A DNA stretch of 64,000 nt from positions 56,516-120,515 of the forward strand of contig JAUCBJ010006705.1 in NCBI GenBank assembly GCA_032718475.1. The letters run 5' to 3'. This document shows positions 13,252 to 25,600 of this stretch, in pieces. The number at the start of each line of letters is the position of its first letter. The first letter of the stretch is position 1. Source of the stretch: Nemertoderma westbladi (taxonomy: Eukaryota; Animalia; Xenacoelomorpha). The notes below the pieces were generated by a model that was not told where the DNA came from, searched no databases, and saw nothing but the letters and a program-made list of their open reading frames with translations. The translations under genes and the position numbers were made by a program.

Positions 13252-16200
13252 ATCATCTGTATAACACACTGGTATTACCTTTCTCCTAGCGACGGGTTTT
13301 TCACTTACCTTGTTTTCCGGTGTCTTCTCTCTGGACAGTTTCAGGAGCTGTAATTTCACTTCTCCATCTAGGAATGACATGAGATCAGCCATGGTAGGGT
13401 CTCGTCGTTGTTGTTCCATCATATATAGCACTTTCTTATCCCAGCGTGTACCTACTCCACCCTTCGGTAAAGTAGAAGCCACTGCTCTAATAACCATAGC
13501 ATTCTGATACTCATGAGACTTACCTAGCCAATCTAATTGTCTGCAGATCTCCTGAATCTCATCGGAAAACTCTATAATTCCGCTGCTAATAAACTTTTGG
13601 GGCGCTACCAACTTTGCATACAAATACCCAGCTATGTTATTCCTATTACCATACCTGATGTTTAGTGTATCCCAAACTTGTCTTAATCCGTCTGGATGTC
13701 CAATAAACTTTAACGCCATTAACTTGGGAGATCCTTCCAAGCACTCGATGAGGAATCTAAGTTTCTCTCCATTAGATAGCACAGAGTTCTGTATGTTATC
13801 TTTGTAATATTCATTAAAAGGTAACCATTTCATCTCATCTCCATTGAACTTGACGATCTCTCCCACCTTTACCGCTTGCCGGGCTTCGGTTCTAGCCATT
13901 TGACGCGTAAAACTTTCTTGGGCCATCGTGTTATTTAATATCGAGTTATCGGTATATAAATTTCTCGGATTATGATCCGGTCTATAGGGAATATCATTAT
14001 CAACAGGTCTATAATTACCCTTAATAGGGTTCACTATAGGAGTTTCTACTTCGCTAGCAGTATAGATGCGTGTAGGCTCCACACCTTGCGCATGAGATAC
14101 TTCAGACCTAACAGGTTGACACATGGTTACAGGGGGTGGTGGTATACCCTTTTGTGCATTTACTAATTTATCGCGTTCTAGCGCGATACTTTGCTGCACT
14201 TCTTGCAACTCTAATCTACTTTCCCTTACTGTGCCCTTGAATTGCTGAACGGTCTCCTGCATCTGTCCGAGCAGGAGATCCATCCCCCGTCGTCTCTCAT
14301 CCACCCATTCAACCGCCGAAGCGGGATTCGCCAACGTTCTAGCGGGCGGACGAGATACAACGGGCGACAAATCATGAATATTTCGCTCGGAGTCCAGGGC
14401 ATGAACTGTCTCATGGGCTGTTCTGCTGGGCACAGGTAGCTTAGTGCTGTGCAAAGGGAATTGAGAGGTAGGTTCAGGGAGTACCGGTGTCTCTACGACC
14501 GAAAGGGTGGCTTCGGGAACAGACCTAACTATTTCGGGCTCATCTACTATAGTAGGGAGTCTCTCTATTGTAATTATTTGGTCTGTGGGTTCTGTACTAC
14601 CTAAGTTGGTGTTATTTAGTTGCCTTCTAACAGCTGGAGGCAAATCAGGCAATTTTTGACGGTGGGATGTTCTTTTACGTCTGCTTAGGCGAGATCGATT
14701 TCCTCCGCCTTCAGTGTCGGTGGTATCGCCTTCCTCAGATGATGTATAACCCTGTCTTTTGGGAGTAGATCGATTCATCATCTGCATATTACTAGCTGTT
14801 AACTGTTTATTAAAGTTGTCTTGTTTCTCTTGAAGATTTTCCAACTCTAGTTGGGTTGTCTCTTCAGATGCCTTTCGTTCTGCTTCTGCCACTGCTATTT
14901 CTCTTTCCGCTTCGGCCGCCTTTCTTTCGGCTTCGACTGCTGCAGCTGCCACCTTTCTTTCCGCTTCGGCCGCCTTTCTTTCGGCTTCGACTGCTGCAGC
15001 TGCCACCTTTCTTTCCGCTTCGGCCGCCTTTTTTTCGGCTTCTACCGCCTTTCTTTCGGCTTCTACTGCTGCAGCTGCCGCTTTTGCCTCTGCCGCTGCC
15101 GCTTTTGCCTCTGCCGCTGCCTCGGCCGCTTTCTTTCTGTCTTCTATACGTTTTTTCCTTACTTGTTCTTCTTGAACCTTAGCGATGCGGATGCTTTCAT
15201 TGAATTTAGCTTGGTTCGCAGCTAACCTATCCACATCGATTGCATCCAACACACGCTGGGCTCCTTCACTATTAGGGCTAAGTCCGTCCAACCTTCTCCT
15301 CAACTCTTCATCACCTACGAAACGCTGATAGTCTGACAGATAGATGTCAATGGCATCCCTCTTATGCGGTTTCTCTGCCGTCGCTTCACTTTCCACTTGG
15401 GAAAAAGTAGCGTCTGTTGATTCTCCATGGGTTGAGCGCTCCTCCAGCTGAGCTTTCCACTGAGCTGTTCCTTGAACCTGGCGACTCACCCGTTGAAACC
15501 AAGTCTTTACGGCAACTTGCAACGACGTGTCTTGTCTTCTTTTAGAAGCCTCCTCAAAGGCCGATAAGATTAGCCTAATTCGCAGAATTCTTTCTCTAAC
15601 TTGATAAAGCAGTTGTCCCTGCTCTTGAGGTCCTTGAGGTTGTTGAAACAGTTGTTTTTCTACTCGCTCCATAGAGCTGAAGAATCCTTGTGCGTATCCG
15701 GCTGCAGACCTCTTCCATACAGCTGGATCGATGGTTTCCTTGGCTACTCCCATCCGGTGTATGTCTTCCCAGGCAGCTTCTGATAAATCAAACGGGAGAC
15801 CGGGTCCAGGGAAGTTCCATTGCGACTCGACCATAGACTTCTGCTCTTCCCTTGTGTATCCCTCATAACTATCTTTAGTTGATCGCTTACTTCTCGCCCA
15901 ATCGATCTGGTGTTCTTCCACCGCGATCAATAACCTAGTGAGTACGGCTGCAGGAAGGATGAGAAGGGGATCCGAATAAACCGCATCCGTCATCTTTGCT
16001 CCGCGCTCGGGTGTCAGCTCTACAGTATCTTCACTACTGGAGCTGTAGGGCCGCTGAGAAATAAGTTCTTGGCTCGCGGGTTGTTGCTGTTCCGCTGCTT
16101 CTTGGTCCCGCTTGACCTGAGCTCGAGTGCCTATGATAGACCAACGATGTCGGACCAGCCTAGGTTCTGTTATTACTACTGGAGGGATGACCTTCCTCAC

Positions 16201-16308
16201 AGTGGGAGGTGAACTGAACTTAGGACTAGACGGTTCTACACCTCTATCTGAGTCGCAGATAGTTACATCTAATAAACTGTCTGACAGGTTCTGCTTAGTA
16301 TCAGACAT
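13252..16308 (-). pseudogene. gag: BEL/Pao Gag N-terminal ~1020 aa (long extension, Ala/Glu/Lys coiled-coil repeats, DUF1759-like capsid region), interrupted by the RTE
   Basis: ORF 13135..16308; KFNGDEMKWLPF..LSNGEKLRFLIECLEGSPK..L..RYGN motif; the last ~38 aa of the called ORF come from the RTE tail. Confidence 0.88.
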
Positions 16309-16429
16309 GTTTGTTTACACAGTTGAATGTCTACTGCTATTACAGTCTAAGTAAGTCTAGTAATTCAGTATTAACTGCTAGCCTAGTAATTAATTACCGA
16401 TACTGCTACTCAGTGTAGCGTGATATATA

Positions 16430-16690
16430 ATATATTAGTATACCGGTATGCTTATAGTATATATAAGTATTATTACAGACTAGGTTTTTCACAGAATACC
16501 GGTAGGTAATTTTAGCACAAATATATAAATATATAATAGGCCTATCGTGAATACCGGTATGCAGTTTACACTTATAATGTATATATATAAGTATAATTAC
16601 AGACTAGAATTAATTACAGAATACCGGTATGATTTCAGCACAAGTATATAAATATATAATAGGCCTATCGTAAATACCGGTATATCAATT
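16430..16690. repeat. ~115-120-bp imperfect tandem duplication in the BEL leader
   Basis: ATACCGGTATGC..ACAGACTAG..ACAGAATACCGGTA..AGCACAA..TAGGCCTATCGT occurs twice. Confidence 0.8.
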
Positions 16691-17634
16691 ATTTTAAATA
16701 ATTGAATTTCTGAATTTTAAAGGTTACTTGGTTACTTTAACTTACTTTATTACCGTTATTTAAGCAGTAGTCCAACTGATATTGAGACCTAATTGTTATA
16801 TGGCAGGCCTACTATTTATAAATCGTTTGAGTTGATTTATAATATATATATACCCGTTTAATGGGTTTTGTCAATGTTGAAATAAATGTTATTATTTCTG
16901 GGGGAGTCACTACACATAAGCTGTGCGCTCTCAGTGGAGTGCTACTTGTTAGACACTAAAACAAATAATTCTAATTTACCTAAGTTACTTAATACTACAA
17001 ATTACGTACAATTCGGGTTGAGATTACAATCTCTAAATAAACACAAAAATTTAATTACAAATACACAAATACAAATTTTTAGGGTAATTTTACAAGAAGT
17101 CTACTAACCAGCCTAACAAAGGGTTAGAATATCTGGTTATTACAACGGACAGGTTACTACGGTATTTGAAAATAATAAGTAGTAGTAAATATACTGCGTT
17201 GTCCAGATAGGAAAATACCACCGCCTGACGACCTATAACCGTATCGCTATAGGTACTACGTTATGTATCACGGAGTGTCCCTACCTAGAAGTTAATTACC
17301 GCGGTCTACCAGAACCAACGTGCCTATTAACCACTTTACAACACAAATACAATGCCTACACACTAATTGCTTTCGGAAAGCACTGTACACTAAACCCTAA
17401 ATTAGGTACAAGTACTTGTATAACAAATAATCAGTAGTTAAAAATACTTGAACAGCCAAAAGAACCACGGTATCTGCTGGAGTGACCGGTGCACAAAATC
17501 ACCAGTCTTTACCTACGCCGAGCAGCCCGTATAGTACCGGGGTTAGTTTAACTATAACGGTATGTATAACAAACACAATTACTGTAGGAATAAACTTGGG
17601 GATATGAATGTTGCGAATAATCGCATAAACTCTG

Positions 17635-18210
17635 AATAATAAATATTACGCTACGCGTACAAACTACTCAAACAAAATGCAGACCAAATACTGACAGACT
17701 ACTATCAAGCTTAAACAAACTACGGTATATGTAGACTCCGAAATGGTTAAGTAGTATGCGTTCTAACCCAGTAGTACGACTTATTCTTTAGATGGGGGTT
17801 TACCTTACAGCAATGGCTGCCCCTACTTCCTAACCATTCTTTATCGGACAGATGCTTTACACACACCGAAATTTCCTCAAACCCAACAGCAGCCAGACAA
17901 CTATCCAGCCTACAAATTATCTAAATAAAATTATACGCTACCCGTACAAACTACACAAACAAAGTACAGACCAAACGCTGGCGGACTCCTATCAAGCCTA
18001 AATAAACCACAGGACATGCAGACTCCGAAATGGTTAAGTAGTATGCGTTCTAACCCAGTAGTACGACTTATTCTTTAGATGGGGGTTTACTTTACAGCAA
18101 TGGATGCCCCTACTTCCTAACCGTTCTTTATCGGACATACACTCTACATGCACTGCAATCCGTTCAGACCTAATCAACAGTTAGCCAACAGTCAAGCCTA
18201 CAAATTATCT
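17635..18210. repeat. ~290-bp tandem duplication in the BEL leader
   Basis: Core GACTCCGAAATGGTTAAGTAGTATGCGTTCTAACCCAGTAGTACGACTTATTCTTTAGATGGGGGTTTAC occurs at ~17734 and ~18021. Confidence 0.9.
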
Positions 18211-18540
18211 GTACAATCTGAGCGGGCTTATACGCCTTCTGCTCAATACTGGCCTACAAATAAATAAAACTGACAGAAATAAGTAAGCTCCAAAAGAAAC
18301 AAGGGGTGTACAGTCCCTAATCTCTTAAACAGCCTACCGGTATACAATACCACAATCGAATAATACTGCTGTACCTGTACCGTAAGTAGGTACCGGTCCG
18401 GATGATCAGGCAGTCAGGCCTACTGGTTACCGGTCGACCGGCACTTTCTACTAGATTGCTTACACCGCAATCCAGAAGCAATATCTGTTATTGTTTGCGC
18501 TTTTGAAGACCTTTGACAGTTTAACCTGCCAAAATTAGAA

Positions 18541-19650
18541 TGTCTTTTGGATGATAGATAGTCTTTAGCCTATGACGAGTATTTAATACACTACATTAGC
18601 CGAAGCCAGTCTATGCGCAATCATTCACCCGTTGGATATACCCGGGAGACTGAGTTTGGAGCTTAATGATTGATGGTGTAAGCCTACTGTATTATTCGAC
18701 TGATCGTAATATATAATCTCTGACAAATATTATTCACTTTCGGGAAATATCAACAGTTCCTTTAGGACGTGGCGCTCTAAATATGTAAACAGAGTTATGA
18801 CTTAAACTAGACACAACGAAAAGGCTATAGATTCACGTATATGGCGCATTCTTTAGGAGATGCTTTGTTATCAGTTACACTCATACACAATGCTGCACAA
18901 TACTGCACACTAATCTGCCGACCTTCACTAAATTTGGTCACGTATAAAGAGAGCAACAGACAATTTATGTTGGGCATATGAAATAGCATTAGATTCACTT
19001 CAAACCACTTAACATAGGTCGCAATCGTTTATCTGTAACCGGTCTCTCTAACCTTTAGTATATCAAGAAGGTGGGGTGTCTGACTATTGATCAGTATTCC
19101 GATACAATATTTCATCAACAAATATAATGAATAACCGACAGCAAAAGCAGTAATATTAGTAATTTATGGATAGTGAGTGAGTAAGTAAGTAGCTCGTTAA
19201 CAGATATACGTTCTATAATTAAGCCTACTAATGTAAGACTAAAGACTGAAAACACGGAGGTGCCAAAAGCCGATGTTCTTAGGCTCTGGGCAAAAACATA
19301 ACACTGAACTACTGAGTTCTGTATACACCTCCAACACAGAGACAAAAAACGCTCTGATTGGTCAACCGAACAACTAGAGAACAAAGAAACAAAGAAATGT
19401 CGACGTGGCAATATCAGCTGTTAGCCGTCGTCATGGTAGCGACACTGTTTTCAAGAGTATCTAGCTTATCGCGTCACGAGATTGCGGATTATGTCCTCTA
19501 AAGTACGAATACAGTGCAAATACAGAAGAAATGACTTTTATGTCCTCTAAAACACCAGTACAGCAAGGACACGGCCTTTTTATGCCTGGTAAACCAACTA
19601 CAGAGTACTTTAAGGGAAAATAACCGGTTAATGACGCAAAAGCTTTTACA
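18541..19650 (-). repeat. Putative 5' LTR of the truncated BEL/Pao element (~1.1 kb)
   Basis: TGT...ACA termini, ATTAAA ~45 nt before the inferred end, and TTTTGGCAGG just downstream. The inner boundary is inferred because there is no second LTR to compare. Confidence 0.55.
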
Positions 19651-22600
19651 AGGTAGGAGGAAGCCTTGTTCTGGCACAATAAGGTAAGGTAAGGTAGGAG
19701 GAAGCCTTGTTCTGGCACAATAAGGTAAGGTAGGAGGAAGCCTTGTTCTGGTACAATAAGGTAAGGTAGGAGGAAGCCTTTTTCTGGCACAATAAGGTAA
19801 GGTAAGGTAGGAGGAAGCCTTGTTCTGGCACAATAAGGTAAGGTAAGGTAGGAGGAAGCCTTGTTCTGGCACAATAAGGTAAGGTAGAAGGAAGCCTTGT
19901 TCTGGCACAATAAGGTAAGGTAGGAGGAAGCCTTGTTCTGGCACAATAAGGTAAGGTAGGAGGAAGCCTTGTTCTGGCACAATAAGGTCAGGTAGGAGGA
20001 AGCCTTGTTCTGGCACAATAGGGTAAGGTAAGAGGAAGCCTTGTTCTGGCACAATAAGGTAAGGTAGGAGGAAGCCTTGTTCTGGCCCAATAAGGTAAGG
20101 TAGGAGGAAGCCTTGTTCTGGCACAATAAGGTAAGGTAGGAGGAAGCCTTGTTCTGGCACAATAAGGTAAGGTAGGAGGAAGCCTTGTTCTGGCACAATA
20201 AGGTAAGGTAGGAGGAAGCCTTGTTCTGGCACAATAAGGTAAGGTAGGAGGAAGCCTTGTTCTGGCACAATAAGGTAAGGTAGGAGGAAGCCTTGTTCTG
20301 GCACAATAAGGTAAGGTAAGGTAGGAGGAAGCCTTGTTCTGGCACAATAAGGTAAGGTAGGAGGAAGCCTTGTTCTGGCACAATAATGTAAGGTAGGAGG
20401 AAGCCTTGTTCTGGCACAATAAGGTAAGGTAAGGTAGGAGGAAGCCTTGTTCTGGCACAATAAGGTAAGGTAGGAGGAAGCCTTGTTCTGGCACAATAAG
20501 GTAAGGTAAGGTAAGGTAGGAGGAAGCCTTGTTCTGGCACAATAAGGTAAGATAGGAGGAAGCCTTGTTCTGGCACAATAAGGTAAGGTAGGAGGAAGCC
20601 TTGTTCTGGCACAATAAGGTAAGGTAAGGTAAGGTAGGAGGAAGCCTTGTTCTGGCACAATAAGGTAAGGTAGGAGGAAGCCTTGTTCTGGCACAATAAG
20701 GTAAGGTAAGGTAAGGTAGGAGGAAGCCTTGTTCTGGCACAATAAGGTAAGATAGGAGGAATCCTTATTCTGGCACAATAAGGTAAAGTAAGGTAGGAGG
20801 AAGCCTTGTTCTGGCACAATAAGGTAAGGTAGGAGGAAGCCTTGTTCTGGCACAATAATGTAAGGTAGGAGGAAGCCTTGTTCTGGCACATTAAGGTAAG
20901 GTAAGGTAGGAGGAAGCCTTGTTCTGGCACAATAAGGTAAGGTAAGGTAGGAGGAAGCCTTGTTCTGGCACAATAAGGTAAGGTAGGAGGAGGCCTTGTT
21001 CTGGCACAATAAGGTAAGGTAAGGTAGGAGGAAGCCTTGTTCTGGTCCAATAAGGTAAGGTAAGGTAGGAGGAAGCCTTGTTCTGGCACAATAAGGTAAG
21101 GTAAGGTAGGAGGAAGCCTTGTTCTGGCACAATAAGGTAAGGTAGGAGGAAGCCTTGTTCTGGTACAATAAGGTAAGGTAGGAGGAAGCCTTTTTCTGGC
21201 ACAATAAGGTAAGGTAAGGTAGGAGGAAGCCTTGTTCTGGCACAATAAGGTAAGGTAAGGTAGGAGGAAGCCTTGTTCTGGCACAATAAGGTAAGGTAGA
21301 AGGAAGCCTTGTTCTGGCACAATAAGGTAAGGTAGGAGGAAGCCTTGTTCTGGCACAATAAGGTAAGGTAGGAGGAAGCCTTGTTCTGGCCCAATAAGGT
21401 AAGGTAGGAGGAAGCCTTGTTCTGGCACAATAAGGTAAGGTAGGAGGAAGCCTTGTTCTGGCACAATAAGGTAAGGTAGGAGGAAGCCTTGTTCTAGCAC
21501 AATAAGGTCAGGTAGGAGGAAGCCTTGTTCTGGCACAATAGGGTAAGGTAAGAGGAAGCCTTGTTCTGGCACAATAAGGTAAGGTAGGAGGAAGCCTTGT
21601 TCTGGCACAATAAGGTAAGGTAGGAGGAAGCCTTGTTCTGGCACAATAAGGTAAGGTAAGGTAAGGTAGGAGGAAGCCTTGTTCTGGCACAATAAGGTAA
21701 GATAGGAGGAATCCTTATTCTGGCACAATAAGGTAAAGTAAGGTAGGAGGAAGCCTTGTTCTGGCACAATAAGGTAAGGTAGGAGGAAGCCTTGTTCTGG
21801 CACAATAATGTAAGGTAGGAGGAAGCCTTGTTCTGGCACAATAAGGTAAGGTAAGGTAGGAGGAAGCCTTGTTCTGGCACAATAAGGTAAGGTAAGGTAG
21901 GAGGAAGCCTTGTTCTGGCACAATAAGGTAAGGTAGGAGGAGGCCTTGTTCTGGCACAATAAGGTAAGGTAAGGTAGGAGGAAGCCTTGTTCTGGTCCAA
22001 TAAGGTAAGGTAAGGTAGGAGGAAGCCTTGTTCTGGCACAATAAGGTAAGGTAAGGTAGGAGGAAGCCTTGTTCTGGCACAATAAGGTAAGGTAGGAGGA
22101 AGCCTTGTTCTGGTACAATAAGGTAAGGTAGGAGGAAGCCTTTTTCTGGCACAATAAGGTAAGGTAAGGTAGGAGGAAGCCTTGTTCTGGCACAATAAGG
22201 TAAGGTAAGGTAGGAGGAAGCCTTGTTCTGGCACAATAAGGTAAGGTAGAAGGAAGCCTTGTTCTGGCACAATAAGGTAAGGTAGGAGGAAGCCTTGTTC
22301 TGGCACAATAAGGTAAGGTAGGAGGAAGCCTTGTTCTGGCCCAATAAGGTAAGGTAGGAGGAAGCCTTGTTCTGGCACAATAAGGTAAGGTAGGAGGAAG
22401 CCTTGTTCTGGCACAATAAGGTAAGGTAGGAGGAAGCCTTGTTCTGGCACAATAAGGTAAGGTAGGAGGAAGCCTTGTTCTGGCACAATAAGGTAAGGTA
22501 GGAGGAAGCCTTGTTCTGGCACAATAAGGTAAGGTAGGAGGAAGCCTTGTTCTGGCACAATAAGGTAAGGTAAGGTAGGAGGAAGCCTTGTTCTGGCACA

Positions 22601-25600
22601 ATAAGGTAAGGTAGGAGGAAGCCTTGTTCTGGCACAATAATGTAAGGTAGGAGGAAGCCTTGTTCTGGCACAATAAGGTAAGGTAAGGTAGGAGGAAGCC
22701 TTGTTCTGGCACAATAAGGTAAGGTAGGAGGAAGCCTTGTTCTGGCACAATAAGGTAAGGTAAGGTAAGGTAGGAGGAAGCCTTGTTCTGGCACAATAAG
22801 GTAAGATAGGAGGAAGCCTTGTTCTGGCACAATAAGGTAAGGTAAGGTAAGGTAGGAGGAAGCCTTGTTCTGGCACAATAAGGTAAGATAGGAGGAATCC
22901 TTATTCTGGCACAATAAGGTAAAGTAAGGTAGGAGGAAGCCTTGTTCTGGCACAATAAGGTAAGGTAGGAGGAAGCCTTGTTCTGGCACAATTATGTAAG
23001 GTAGGAGGAATCCATATTCTGGCACAATAAGGTAAAGTAAGGTAGGAGGAAGCCTTGTTCTGGCACAATAAGGTAAGGTAGGAGGAAGCCTTGTTCTGGC
23101 ACAATAATGTAAGGTAGGAGGAAGCCTTGTTCTGGCACAATAAGGTAAGGTACTGTAGGAGGAAGCCTTGTTCTGGCACAATAAGGTAAGGTAAGGTAGG
23201 AGGAAGCCTTGTTCAGGCACAATAACGTAAGGTAGGAGGAAGCCTTGTTCTGGCACAATAAGGTAAGGTAGGAGGAAGCCTTGTTCTGGCACAATAAGGT
23301 AAGGTAGGAGGAAGCCTTGTTCTGGCACAATAAGGTAAGGTAGGAGGAAGCCTTGTTCTGGCACAATAAGGTAAGGTAAGGTAGGAGGAAGCCTTGTTCT
23401 GGCACAATAAGGTAAAGTAAGGTAAGAGGAAGCCTTGTTCTGGCACAATAAGGTAAGGTAAGGTAGGAGGGAGCCTTGTTCAGGCACAATAAGGTAAGGT
23501 AGGAGGAAGCCTTGTTCTGGCACAATAAGGTAAGGTAGGAGGAAGCCTTGTTCTGGCACAATAAGGTAAGGTAAGGTAAGGTAGGAGGAAGCCTTGTTCT
23601 GGCACAATAAGGTAAGATAGGAGGAATCCTTTTTCTGGTACAATAAGGTAAAGTAAGGTAGGAGGAAGCCTTGTTCTGGCACAATAAGGTAAGGTAGGAG
23701 GAAGCCTTGTTCTGGCACAATAATGTAAGGTAGGAGGAAGCCTTGTTCTGGCACAATAAGGAAAGGTAAGGTAGGAGGAAGCCTTGTTCTGGCACAATAA
23801 GGTAAGGTAAGGTAGGAGGAAGCCTTGTTCAGGCACAATAACGTAAGGTAGGAGGAAGCCTTGTTCTGGCACAATAAGGTAAGGTAGGAGGAAGCCTTGT
23901 TCTGGCACAATAAGGTAAGGTAGGAGGAAGCCTTGTTCTGGCACAATAAGGTAAGGTAGGAGGAAGCCTTGTTCTGGCACAATAAGGTAAGGTAAGGTAG
24001 GAGGAAGCCTTGTTCTGGCACAATAAGGTAAAGTAAGGTAGGAGGAAGCCTTGTTCTGGCACAATAAGGTAAGGTAAGGTAGGAGGGAGCCTTGTTCAGG
24101 CACAATAAGGTAAGGTAGGAGGAAGCCTTGTTCTGGCACAATAAGGTAAGGTAGGAGGAAGCCTTGTTCTGGCACAATAAGGTAAGGTAGGAGGAAGCCT
24201 TGTTCTGGTACAATAAGGTAAGGTAGGAGGAAGCCTTGTTCTGGCACAATAAGGTAAGGTAGGAGGAAGCCTTGTTCTGGCACAATAAGGTAAGGTAGGA
24301 GGAAGCCTTGTTCTGGCACAATAAGGTAAGGTAGGAGGAAGCCTTGTTCTGGCACAATAAGGTAAGGTAGGAGGAAGCCTTGTTCTGGCACAATAAGGTA
24401 AGGTAGGAGGAAGCCTTGTTCTGGCACAATAAGGTAAGGTAGGAGGAAGCCTTGTTCTGGCACAATAAGGTAAGGTAGGAGGAAGCCTTGTTCTGGCACA
24501 ATAAGGTAAGGTAGGAGGAAGCCTTGTTCTGGCACAATAAGGTAAGGTAGGAGGGAGCCTTGTTCTGGCACAATAAGGTAAGTTAAGGTAGGAGGGAGCC
24601 TTGTTCTGGCACAATAAGGTAAGGTAGGAGGAAGCCTAGTTCTGGCACAATAAGGTAAGGTAGGAGGAAGCCTTGTTCTGGCACAATAAGGTAAGGTAGG
24701 AGGAAGCCTTGTTCTGGCACAATAAGGTAAGGTAAGGTAGGAGGGAGCCTTGTTCTGGCACAATAAGGTAAGGTAAGGTAGGAGGGAGCCTTGTTCTGGC
24801 ACAATAAGGTAAGGTAGGAGGAAGCCTTGTTCTGGCACAATAAGGTAAGGTAGGAGGAAGCCTTGTTGTGGCACAATAAGGTAAGGTAGGAGGAAGCCTT
24901 GTTCTGGCACAATAAGGTAAGGTAGGAGGAAGCCTTGTTCTGGCACAATAAGGTAAGGTAGGAGGAAGCCTTGTTTTGGCACAATAAGTTAAGGTAGGAG
25001 GAAGCCTTGTTCTGGCACAATAAGGTAAGGTAGGAGGAAGCCTTGTTCTGGCACAATAAGGTAAGGTAGGAGGAAGCCTTGTTCTGGCACAATAAGGTAA
25101 GGTAAGGTAGGAGGAAGCCTTGTTCTGGCACAATAAGGTAAGGTAAGGTAGGAGGAAGCCTTGTTCTGGCACAATAAGGTAAGGTAGGAGGAAGACTTGT
25201 TCTGGCACAATAAGTTAAGGTAGGAGGAAGCCTTGTTCTGGCACAATAAGGTAAGGTAAGAGGAAGCCTTGTTCTGGCACAATAAGGTAAGGTAGGAGGA
25301 AGCCTTGTTCTGGCACAATAAGGTAAGGTAGGAGGAAGCCTTGCTCTGGCACAATAAGGTAAGGTAGGAGGAAGACTTGTTCTGGCACAATAAGTTAAGG
25401 TAGGAGGAAGCCTTGTTCTGGCACAATAAGGTAAGGTAAGGTAGGAGGAAGCCTTGTTCTGGCACAATAAGGTAAGGTAAGGTAGGAGGAAGCCTTGTTC
25501 TGGCACAATAAGGTAAGGTAGAAGGAAGCCTTGTTCTGGCACAATAAGGTAAGGTAGGAGGAAGCCTTGTTCTGGCACAATAAGGTAAGGTAGGAGGAAG

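Larger units (their letters stand above)
11899..19650 (-). mobile_element. 3'-truncated BEL/Pao LTR retrotransposon (5' LTR, ~2.2-kb leader, gag only)
   Basis: Starts TGTAAAAG at 19650 against the satellite. Gag has a DUF1759-like block and BEL-type zinc knuckles. The element breaks off before the protease at the 16-bp satellite. Confidence 0.88.

Noticed and set aside
17224-17256. CTGACGA followed by a CCTATA/TATAGG stem as a hammerhead
   Set aside because: No GAAA follows the stem and there is no stem I or III
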